From Tubiluchus corallicola (Eukaryota; Animalia; Priapulida): a stretch of DNA of 64,000 bases. The notes under the pieces are model-generated. The model was not told where the DNA came from. It ran no database searches and saw only the letters and a list, made by a program, of their open reading frames with translations. How positions within the stretch are numbered: position 1 is the stretch's first letter; every line of letters starts with the position of its first letter. The stretch lies in contig JAQGDQ010000015.1 of NCBI GenBank assembly GCA_030141605.1, positions 372,001 to 436,000 on the forward strand, written 5' to 3'. Position numbers and translations under genes: made by a program. Shown piece after piece: positions 45,901-58,073 of the stretch.

Positions 45901-48900
45901 CAGAATGATCACACAAAGATACTGACAATTTGGCCTTGCTTTAAAAACAGCGATACAACTTTAATTTTCATATGTTGAGCAAGAATTTTTAAAAAGTTAA
46001 TGCATGACTGAGTCATACCTGTGGAAATTCTTTATTCGCGGAATGGAATTTAAAAACGCACAAAACGTCAGCAACAAACTGGCATTTTGTACCTTTGAGT
46101 AAGATACAGAAAAAATTATGAAGCTTTGTAAAGGCATTTGAGAAGTTGCTTCATGCATGCCCCACTAAAAGCGAAGACTCAGCCAAACATCTCTTGACCA
46201 ATGGTAGTCTTAACTATAGCGAGTGAATACCAGTTGGTTCTAATTTTTCAGCACTAACAAAACGAGTCGTTCAACCCTTAAACACTGTGCTGACTGGGGA
46301 TAAGGAACAGCAAGCAAAACAAGATGAAGTCAGCAAGAGATTAATTTAAACCAATAAGAAATATCCAGGGATGCATTGCCACTAGGGCTAAGGGGCGTCA
46401 AAAAAAATCTAGGAAGAATTATGCATGAAGCTGTCACAAATCAAAAATCTCGCTCTTCAATTTTTACAAATATAAATCAAGTGATTGAAGCCATTTCATT
46501 CGCTCTGAATAGTATTAACCCTATGAATGTATCCGCCCCTTTGTATACTGTTAAGACATAGTGGACTTTGTGAAATGCGATCTTTCTAAACATCAGCCGC
46601 CCCCGTTGAGCTCGCAAATTTACAAATTTTACAAGCTGTCCAACAGGATGGCAATGTTGTTGAAACACACCCCGCTGACCAGAGTGGATTGAGAAAAAGC
46701 AACCCATGTGTTGAACAGAACAGCTCATTAAATTCAACATCTTGGACAGTATAAAATCTTCCACTCATGCCATCTGGGTATCTCTTACGATTAAACTCTG
46801 TTCTCATTGTTGTATGGTGATAGCATTATTATTACAAAACATTTTTTCCAATGTTTTAACTTGAAATGAAATGATTTGTTTAGATTTGCCTGATGGCCAC
46901 GGCTAATTAAAGATTCGAATGCCAAAGAAAACTGAAAATAACTTATCTGCATTTTGCCACTCAAAAGGCGCTGCACTGTCACACATATACTCACGTTATT
47001 TATCCACCCTACAGCCTCGTCTTGGTATCAGAATTTGTTTCGACAAAATTCATTTTAAAATGACCTATTATGAACTACAGAAGATATAAATGTCGTGGTT
47101 GGTATTTAAGATAAAATAATTTTTAACCATTTACATAATTTTTGATACTGAGTTACATAACTACCTTGTAAATTTAGACATTGGCCACCCACAAACGAAA
47201 TTTCGCATCCGGGCGCTGTCCGGCACAAAATTTGATTTATGGAAAACCCAATCGGTTTGTTTAGATTTGCAACGCAGCTGCGACCATATGGATCTAAACA
47301 CGAAAGGGTCTTTCAAAATTGCGCACACACGGTTCGGAATGAAAATGGACGAAATTTTATGGATTGCTGTTGATGGCCATGCAACATTCTCCTATTTACA
47401 CCAAACGGGAATAAATGTCTCCTTTTATTTGAAAATGGTAAATGGGGAATAGACAAAGGGCCCGGTGATTGGGTGACAGAGTCGAGCAGCTGCAAGCGGC
47501 CATGTAAATTTTTACAGAATTTTGTAAAAACGGCAGCGTTTTGTGTGTATAGTGCGGGCGTGACCTACTTACGCTCAACGCTCATTGGGGAATTTTTTGC
47601 AGTGAAATTCACTAGTGACATTTCCGTTTTAACAAAAGAGTCGAGGTGCCATTTATGAAGGCGTTGGTACATGGGTGTTTGGATGGGGAGGACGGAAAAT
47701 GACATATAAGACAGCAGCTTCCAGCAAATAAGAAAACTGACGAGAAGTTATAAAAAGTCTTATCTCTATCTGAACCAAAGAAAAATTGAGTCAAACATGG
47801 AATTACTATTTAAAAGCTCATGCATAAAAGTTGAAACAATATTAATTTATACTGTGAAGGTACAATTATCCGAAGTTTATCAGCATTTTATACTATTTAC
47901 AAATGAATTCTGCAACAGAAGTGATGAATTAGAGTACGCCTATGTGAACAGACTTCGGCTAAATGTACCATTGTAGTATAAACTGGCACAATTAAAACTT
48001 TTATGTATAACCTTTTTATCACTAATCCCATTTTAGTTAAATCTTTCTGCTGTTATCTCAATTGATTGTAGCTTTAAAACAAAGCTTAATATAGTACTCA
48101 TTGCAGTGAAGCTAAATATGTGATATAAAAACTTTTGATGAAAGCGTGTTATGAAAAACAATCATAAACAAACAAAAAAATCAAGGATATAAACAATTCC
48201 AATTTGCTTAATAATTATAGAAGTTGTTATTCACTCCAACATATGAGGTTGCTAATCTCTTGTCGAGGTGAAACTATCTAGCCAATCCTGAGCCTAATAT
48301 AAACACAGCACAGGTCATAACCACATTTGCTGGACACAAATGAGAAAAATACAAATCCAAACACTTTCAGCAAATAATTTTTCAGACAAATCGTGCATAG
48401 AAAAGAGGAGCTGACTTGACGGGCAAATGGCGGTTATTTAGCTGCCATCCTGAATAGGAAGTTGGGTTATGAAACTTGTCAAAATAGAGTTGAATACATC
48501 CAATAAAGGGGTTAAAATGCATAGCTTCTGCAAACAAGATAGGGGTTCAAAAGAAAAATTACTATATGCATATTAGCTTGCGCTTAGCTTGATAACCTAA
48601 ATAGTTACACAACTTTGACAGTTTAAAGCAAAGATTGTTGTTGCCACACGACACAATTATTGAACGGGGTCCAAAGAAAGGATGCGACGAAAGAAAACCT
48701 TTTTACATTTTGTAATAAGAATTTATAATAAACAGTTTTGTTGCACTCCCAAGAATTATAGAAGCAGAGTTAATGGCGTAAATTTTTCTTTGTGAAAGTT
48801 TTGGCTATGCCTCCGAGCAAACGTATAAAAAGCCTATGTGTTTGACACAAGCATCTAACCTTGGCAAGGCATCTGCTCGCCAGCCAACAAAAGGCCTATT

Positions 48901-51900
48901 TCGGTAAATCACAATTTCAACTTAAAACTGCTCTCACAAACCAGCACAAAGCGAGCCAGGTGCACCGGACTTTTGGGGTAAAAACTGCAAAAAATTGAAA
49001 CAGACAGAGAGAAAGAGGTGTGCGAAGTATACACAGTGAGCTATGGAAATCACACGCGGTGATTTAGTACTTAAGAGGAGAAAATCCGAGTCATCAATGG
49101 CGAACACAATCACAATTTTGCTGTCAACTTAAGGCTAATCACAATGTCACAACAGCCTAGAGTTAAACGTGTTAACAAAATGTATGAGAGGGTAAGGCCC
49201 AAGGCACTTATTACGCATCTCGGTCCGGCCAGATGCCAATATTTCTGAATGGGCAAAGCGTTACCTGGGCTAATTTTTTAATATTTCAGTTGGACGAATA
49301 ATTATAGGTAGTATAGGTAGGCAAATAGAGCCGGAGACCGAGTTAAACTGGACTGACAAAGGTGCACGGCGGGGTTTGCCCGATGGCTACAATCACCCAA
49401 TCGCCAGGTGTAGCATTTTGGCAAAAACCACTAAAGACTAGAAGAATTGGCCATACTAATGAGTAACAATATGGCCAATATGAATATTAGAAAAGTAAAA
49501 TTGTAATGTGAATTAAAAAAATAAAATAAAGACCACAAATGTACAAATTATTATTACTGATTGTTAACAACGCGATCAGCCAATGACAATGTTTGCCTGC
49601 TTGGTCATAAAATTAGCTTCTCCTTGCAAAACATCTTAAATAAAAGCTTGTCTTCGAATTGTTTCAGTCCTTTACAACTTTTAAGAACGTAAAACACTCG
49701 GCAAAATGTAGCTACATTTTGTCCACTAGAGTAAACAGAACCTGGCCTTCGCCGCAACAAAAGGCTTGCTGAATATTCACGCCAAGTCCCCTTTCTGTCA
49801 AAAAACTCCTTTTAAGCACGAATGTAGACTTTGAGAATACCACCTCCCTGGTCGAATGAAAGGGTAAAGAAAAGGTAGACAACGAACAGAGGTGGATTTC
49901 CTTACAAGCACAGCAAGAAAGGAAATGCACGTCTTGCTTTTTTCTAGGTTGCCAACGTTTTTTCAAAGCTTGTAAATGAGTCGGCACAATCAGTTGAAAT
50001 ATCTTTTAAAATGCGCGAACTTTGCCATAGCTAGCCAAGCGCATCCAGAAGGACCAGCAGGGGGCAGTCACCACAGCCAGGAAAGATGACAAGGCGCCGA
50101 TAAATTTTTGAAACTTCAGATAAAACTTAGATTCTAACTCTCACGCTATTGCGAAAATTTTAGAAATATTCCCAGGATGCAGTTCAGGATAATAACATTT
50201 TAGCGTCCATGGATACGCTCCCTAGCGACCGTATCATAGACAAACAGTGCATTGTGCGTTCTTTATTAGATGTTTTTTCTTCTCAACCACTGACCATGAG
50301 AAAATAGAATTAGAAATGATTTAAGTTTCTGTGTCGCTATAGCATAGAAGAATAACAAATTGAAAATAATTAGATGCAATTAAAAACGGGTTTTGAGTTT
50401 AATCACCAAACAATGGCGTAGAGCTGACATACATATTTCGTTTTGTTGCCTTAGTAGGAAACTTTTCTGTTTGTCAATGTTTTCGTTAGTTTACGCCTGT
50501 CAAAACATAAAGATCTCTTTCAAAGGCTCAACAATGCTCTAATTCTGCACAACTATTTCTCCACTGTCCAGTGAAAAATTATGATTGCAGTTTTCAACAA
50601 TCTGCGGCCAATTTCACCAGTCAACTTAAACCTAATTGCACCGAACTTTTCTAAAGGTCGGAGACATTTTCCGCTCATTGAATTTTGCATGTTATGGTTT
50701 TTTGTGCCGGTTTCTCTAATCCAAGAACTAGACCAACACTCACAGTCTGACATCTTAATAAGCATAAATCGACCCCTAACAAACTTGGCGCAAATTGCAC
50801 AAAAATCTATTTTACGTCTTCAAAAGCTTTTACGAATATGAGAACGTTTAGAACTTGGGAATCTATTTGCGGCGTTTGAGAAACTCTTATTTATCAATTC
50901 TGTTGATTTTATAAAATCCGGTTACACGCTTTGTTGCTGTGGCCTGCTGCTGTTTCCAGCTTATTGATCATTGACCACAATTTCAATCGCCTCCCGTTGC
51001 TTAGCGACCACAAAGCCGTTATAACCGTAAATACTTTCACCAACACAAATTAAGCGAAATATGGAATATTGTCATTTCACACATGTCACAAAAGAAAATG
51101 AAAAGACGAAATTTCGCGTTCAGTGAAGCCTACAAGACATCAGAAGACAAAATAGTTTGAAAGGATTTTATTTTTATTAGTTACTTTATTTGTGAATACG
51201 AATAAATTAAAAAGAATGACGAATTTTAGATAAACGTCGTTTCGGCGTTTTTAGTGATTGCAACCTCCTAATTACGCAGGATTAAAAGTGAAAAACCAAT
51301 AATTAATGCCCCTAGTAATAGCACTTATTGCTTCTGTAACCTTGAAAAAGCAACTTCGGCATTTGTAGTCACAATACTACTAAACATTGCACGTTGACAT
51401 TTTCGCATACTGACCTCAGATTACGGTTCTGCAGATGAAAAAGTCCAACTTTAAAATGGAATAAAACGTGGAACGAATAAAGCCATCTTGGTGACGTGAC
51501 CGAAAGGGTATTAGCTTCAGAGCTTAAAAACATAAACTCATATTTTCCTAATAAAAACGTGATAATGTTTAACATGGCTGAAATTTGGAATTTTGGAAGA
51601 CAACATTTTTAACTTCAAATATTTGAAAGAAGGAAATTTGGCCAAATTTATATTAAACAAGGCACAAAAATGATGAACGGAAAAACAAGACATGTTTTTC
51701 TCTTCTGCCTTTGGCTTCTGCGTTATCTACCCTGCGATTATGTGCAGCGGAAATACATCAATATTCCTCCAGCAATATCTTGTAATAGCCAGTAAAAAAT
51801 TATAGGTCTACAGTAACATCAACACGCTACATGCATGCAACAACCTATACTCGTGCTACACAAATAAAGCACAATTTAACTAATAGCCTTTTGTTCCGAA

Positions 51901-54900
51901 CGTTAAGGCGTCTGATAGGGGCGTCAACCACAAAACAGCATAATCTGACTAATGGAGTAGTTTTTCTTAAATAGAAGTTTGGAAGTTTAAAATACTTTTG
52001 GGAAAACGTTTTGGAGCAATTTACAATTTCACTTGGTATAAAATTCGCATTTAAAAATGATGGAACCGCCCATTTTGTGGCGAAGAATCAATTTACGTTG
52101 TGATCGATCAATTTACGCCAACCAAATAAGAGAATTTTCGTTGCTTAAGGTGAATATTCTTTGAAGGTTGGTTTTAATTTCAGTGAATATGGGCAAATTC
52201 GTTTGTTAGTTAATTTTTATGTTCGGGAAATAGTTCACGAAGTATGCTTATTTAAACATTTACTCAACTTCACACACCAGTCAGTAAGCCCTTTCACAAG
52301 TTATATTAAGAGAATTGATAAAACTACTCTAGTTAACTCACCGTGGCCAAGAGGCCCACGGCATGAAACTAAAAAATGATGGCCGTAAAAACATACTGCA
52401 AGCCTACAAAGCCTAAAAATGTTTTTTTTTTGTTTTCACACGTCAAGTATGCGAAATTTGACGAATAAGACATCAAAAACGATAAAAGTCTAATTTTAAG
52501 ATTCCAGGAATCGGAATTGAATTTATGAACAGTCAGAACAACAATTATCCCTTCAGCAAAAAGACTGATCATCGTTTCTGCAATTTGTACACCTCTCGCG
52601 TGAATCAGTCAGTAGAGCAGACTGTAGATTGATGACTCATGCATTTACTGCAAGTTAAATTGTCAATAATTGTAATTCTGCATGATTTAGTACCGCGTGT
52701 CAAGTGGAGCTTGTATTATTATTAGTCTGTGGCGACTTACAATTTTCACATTCATTTAAAAATCGACTTTCAGGTGCATGTAAGTTAACATTACAGAAAG
52801 ATCTCCAATTTCTAAAGATTTGAAAAGCGAGACAAGAAAACGTTGCAAAAGTAAATACGCCAAAAAATGAGTGCAAAATTAAACAATTAAGCAATGAGAC
52901 CACAGCATATAATTCTAATAATTCATATCAGTACGTAAAAGTGTTAAGCAAATGAATTTTTTAAGAGGTTTATTAGCTCCGCTTCTATGTAGAGTAAATC
53001 TGGCTAGGTCTTTGAAGGGGCCTAAATTTTCAAAATGCTGGCAGTGTACATAAAAAAATACGCGAATGCCGTGCTTCCCCTTTTTACTCTCCAGGGGCTA
53101 CATTGTTGGGTGTGGCCACTGCAAATTTTCTGGAAAGCTCAAGGGGTAAATTTACCCAAACAAAGAACCGCGAACTAGCTGGGTTGCAGTCAAAATCGAC
53201 TCGGACATTCGATTATAATACAAGTCAAACTAATTAAGCGTGTTTGTCGGCGGGTTGGTAAATTTCATTATCCTGTCTGCTGCGCCAAGCTCAAGCTCTT
53301 TCATTTGCATGAGGTGAAACAAAAGATTAGCTGAACGCAAAATAGAAACTTCAAATTCCACTCATATTTAGAAGAAAGAGTTGACAAAGGAAAGGTAGTG
53401 AAAACGGGTTTTGTAAGCGTCGCCAGCGTTAAGTTGTAAACAATTAAACGTTTGTGGACAATCCAGTTATGTAACGAGTGTCCACTGTCCGCTTTGTTGT
53501 AATCTTCTAAAGCTATAAATGCAATCCGGGAAAGAAAATTTACTGTCAGACAAAATAACGAGCTGAGTACGAAAATAGGGCAAACCTTTGGTAATGCGCG
53601 TTATAGGTGTTCTGTTTCAATTTTAAGCATGGACAATAAAATTTTTCACACATTCAAAAACTTTAATGTATGAGTGTGAAAATGTGATGTTATTAGTGTT
53701 CTTAAAATGATGATGGTTTTATTAAATCAACATTTTTAATAATTATGCAGTATGCATAGCATGCTGAAAGAGGTCTATGATTACGACCGTCGAACCAATC
53801 CCATTTACAAAATGATTAAAAAACTGTTACTGAACGAGACGTAAAATATGTATTTGTCCTATTAATTTTCCTGCACGACATAATAAATTTAGCCCTAGCA
53901 TTGTGAGGAAATAACACTGTTGTATAGTACAAACGTCCCATAACGCACGTATTGGGAAACGCAGAGAAGGCTTACAAATTCCCTAAAATGTCGTTTTACA
54001 AACATAAAACCTATCTATAATGACTCTACGCTTGCCCGCAGCCCTGCCCGTTACCATGGTGATTAGCAAATTTATTCAAAAATTTTTCATCCGATAATAT
54101 ATTATACAGGACGCGACATAATTAAAGCGTGCATGGTAATCAGGCGCGCTAATTGCAGATGACCAGCGCGGTCGTAATTAGGTTTCTCTAATTTTAGCTG
54201 AAATGCATCAATTTATTGAAGGGGCAAACAAAGGAAGATGGTTTCCATCACAACCAGAAGCTGAGAATTTAAACCTCGTGTCAGTGACACGCGAGAGGGA
54301 TGGTAAACTCTATTGTTATTAGTCATCATTATTATTCAACAATGCAGGAAAAACAACAGTTTAAAATGAAGCATTTTTAAGAGGAATACATTTAGCATAC
54401 AAAACGATCACACCTATAAAAGTTCTAATTCCGAATGCGATTGATATTTTTAAGACATACAAAATATGAAGTAATGCCGTGTGTCAATTTTGGCATCGAT
54501 AGGTGAGCATGCATCAGATACGGTTAGACAAAGGATTAATTTGCTCTCTTTACTGAGAATAATAAAGTAATCATACGGTAGCTAACTTCTCTGCATTTAT
54601 CTTACAAATGTGCCACAGGAGTCCTGGCAGAACCACCAACCCTTGAAACAGAAATTTGTTAAACTGCCCAAGCTCCGCAACATCAACCATAGTAAATAAC
54701 ATGATTATATTCAGCACCCATGGTAACTGACCAATGATCAAAGTAACGTCTGAAGCAAAGCCTAATTATGTAATATGCAAGTTTATATAATATACAGTTG
54801 TACACATAAATGTAACCGTACTATTGTATAGTACGTTTACATACTATTGTACTATTGTATCGTATCGCACCGTAGGCTCTCAAAATTCCCTTATGTTCCA

Positions 54901-57900
54901 ACTCGTTTAGCCTTACAATATAGTGAGATGTTTTTAATTATGCTTCTGTCAGGGACGGATGGCAGAGTTTTTCATCTACACCTACTCAAAATAACTCAGG
55001 ACAAGCCAATGGCTTCATTTTTTATAAGCTGTATGCGGTTTTATCTATTTGACAGACAAAGGCAAACATTTACTCCAAGAACTAATGGACGTTATTGGAT
55101 GCTGTTGGATCATAGGGTGACCCAGCTGTTACTGCTCAGTGACATAGTGCACCTAGGCAAATTATTTTATAAGAATCCTATATTATTTGCAGAAAAAAGT
55201 ATGTTCCAAGCTGACGGGTGCTTGTCTGGCGTGTACAAGCAGCGGGTATGTGATTTTGTAGCCCCCTTGCCTGGATGTGCCACCCGCTGAAGAGCTTTCG
55301 CATTCATTTTTCGCAGCTCTGCCGGACAAGCGTTTAGGCTTCCTTGCATGCAAAGGCAAACAAATTGTTGCTAGGCACTGCCGTTTTTCATCATCAATAC
55401 AGCATCCATCATTCTCCGTGACCTACTTTTAACGCGGATGAAATTTGCTCATAACGTAAAATGGAAATTTCGAAAAGGGGCGCACAGAATAAGCGTACAA
55501 CATCCCCAGAGATTCCGCGATGAATGAAAGCGCTCATATAGTTTTTTGCGCGGTGGACAGATGATACAAAATAGCTGACAAAACTCATCAACTTAAAATT
55601 TACAAAATGCATCTGGAAAAGAGGGAAAACAAAGATGATATCAGATGGAGATTGTGTTTCTACTGGGGATGCTGAAGAACACTTTTCAAACAGTTTTTTA
55701 AACTTTCTTCCGAACAGTGACAAGAGATAAAAACCTATACTAACAAAAGAGCAACCAAAAGAATTTTTGAGCAAGTTTCCATTAAAGATAATTTCTATGA
55801 AAACAAACATGTTTTTGAGAACATGAAAATGCTCTCCAAGGAGCGGTTGCTCTAAATGGAAAGTTTGATTGTTTTGCAATTCAGCCAAAATTAGTTTTCG
55901 TGAAAACACGTATATGAACCACACAGTTTTCATATGAAATGTGTAAGCTTTTCAACAGGACAAATTAAATTCGTCTGCACGAGTTCAGCAATTTGGAGAC
56001 CAATTTACAAAAACGTGTGCTCAGCAAAAAGAAATAATTTGCTCTTTAGGACCCATACGTATGGTAAATATTCAGTCTGACATTTTCATAGAAATTTTCA
56101 TTGCCATGAAAGAAACCACTTAAAAGAAACCATGAAAAGAGACAAATTTCTCTCAAATTAGTTTAAGAAACGTTCATTAGACACTGGCGAAATTGCCAGT
56201 ACTCAGTTACTACCCTCTCACTAGAAATTTTAGAAAACACTGCATGTAGTACTACTGCATATCGAGATTCAGAGATAGCATGTAACCCATCAATGCGCAT
56301 TTCACTTTTCCGCGAAGTCCTCCTACACGCTACGCAGCACAGCTCAGAACAGGGAAGCCAAGTTCGCTGTTGATTTAAAGGTTTATAAATCAATGGGATG
56401 ACCTAATTTCAAGCGACGTGCGACGTACACAAAAATGCCATACATATATATATACAAACTGCACTTACACACGCATGCACAACACACACACACACACACT
56501 TGGCATGAAAGTGCTTAAGATCATAAAAAGCGAGATGCAATGGATTCTGGGGTTAGCTATGTTCTTTCAAAGTAAGTTTCCCGTATTTCCCCCACATCCG
56601 TCTTTAGGATAAAGCACACATCAACGAATAAAATCTTAAAATAAATAATACAGGTAATATTCTAACATCCCTGATTTCGTACCTGGTAAAGTCACCCGAA
56701 ATAAGATGGATTTGGTATGATTGGGATAAGCTAAAAGACTAGTACATATTGTATTAACTAAGCATGTACCTAATCATGCGTAACGTACTTTATAACTACT
56801 TTTTACTTATAAATCTGTTCTCTCCCATTCATTAAATACCATATGTTATATAGTAAACAAACAAATTTTCCTTGCCCATGTTTCCTTTTGGGCATTGCTT
56901 TCTGTATATTACCAGATAAAATGTGTATTACACTTAGACATTATATACTTTATGACATTACAATTACAGTACAGCTCAGTTAAATTACTGATTTGGTTGA
57001 AATAAAAGAACGGCTTATAAAAAAACGCCTATTTTTACCGTGTTAATTTCATTGCCATGTACCATTTTTCAAAAAAATCAAATAAGATGCTTATTGTTCT
57101 GAGATCAAGGTCACTGGTAAGAAAAACTTTCTGACACAAAAGGAAACATGGACTACAATAAGGGACCAACTAATACAATAGCCATGAACATAAGTTTTAT
57201 ATATTACACAACATGGTTAAAACTACAGCCTACATAGGTGGTCCACTTAAAATTTGGTCAGAAGAAAGAACAAGAGGATATACAACAAGCGCAGAATTTT
57301 TCCATATAATAATAATATATTTCGCATTGCTAATCCTACCTTGGACATCTTTGGTAACGTAATCTTTATCCTTCCCAAAACATCATTTGGCTGTTGACTG
57401 CAGAACAGTGGAAGAATGCCTCTGGTCACCGAAGGATGAATGTCCGCTGACTAGACATAAGATGATGTGGCATAAGTCTTCCAAAGCTTGTCGATTGTTA
57501 TTGAAGGTCGCTTTTCAATAACCGTCATGGTTTCCAAAATGATATGATGCTGGAATCAATGTGCATTGTTCTTACCAAAATGCGATAATTTTCAGCATCA
57601 GTTCTTGCTTACACACCTGAATTAACAGGCGACTGAGTTTGAGGATAATTTGACTTAGAGAACACAGGACACAAATGTCTAACAATCAATTCTTAGTTAG
57701 TGTTGTAATTCTTTGGCCCAAACCAGTTCAAAAGAAGGCTAGAAGATGACTCAGTGGAATGGTAATTAAGCCACACAAAACATTATCCGCACAGCTATCA
57801 TAATGTATGACACACACAGTACAGACGCTCAACGATAAAGTTACAAGTTCATCAAGACATGCACTCTTGAGGTGCTTTTGGGCAAGGTATGAAGTTGCAC

Positions 57901-57933
57901 ATTATAGGCAAGGAGCCACTAGCTCCTGCTCCA

Positions 57934-58009
57934 TGAGGTAGTTCAAATGCAATAAATAAAATCTGGAACTAAATAAGTCTCTTTGACTGGTGAGCATGTG
58001 ATGAGGTAG
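57934..58009 (-). promoter_or_regulatory. Two let-7 8mer target sites in the zinc-finger gene 3' UTR
   Basis: CTACCTCA on the mRNA strand at 58009-58002 and 57941-57934, within 140 nt of the stop codon. Confidence 0.7.
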
Positions 58010-58073
58010 ACCGTCGGCAAATTTCTGTTACGAAGTGAAATTTTTAGGCCATCTGCAAGTAGTAAATCGCCCA

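Noticed and set aside
54847-55933. 147-aa and 174-aa ORFs in the desert
   Set aside because: No recognisable domains, AT-biased F/L/I/K composition and no supporting splice structure.
57934-58009. TGAGGTAG matches interpreted as let-7 genes
   Set aside because: The match stops after 8-9 nt and there is no hairpin, so these are target sites rather than miRNA loci.
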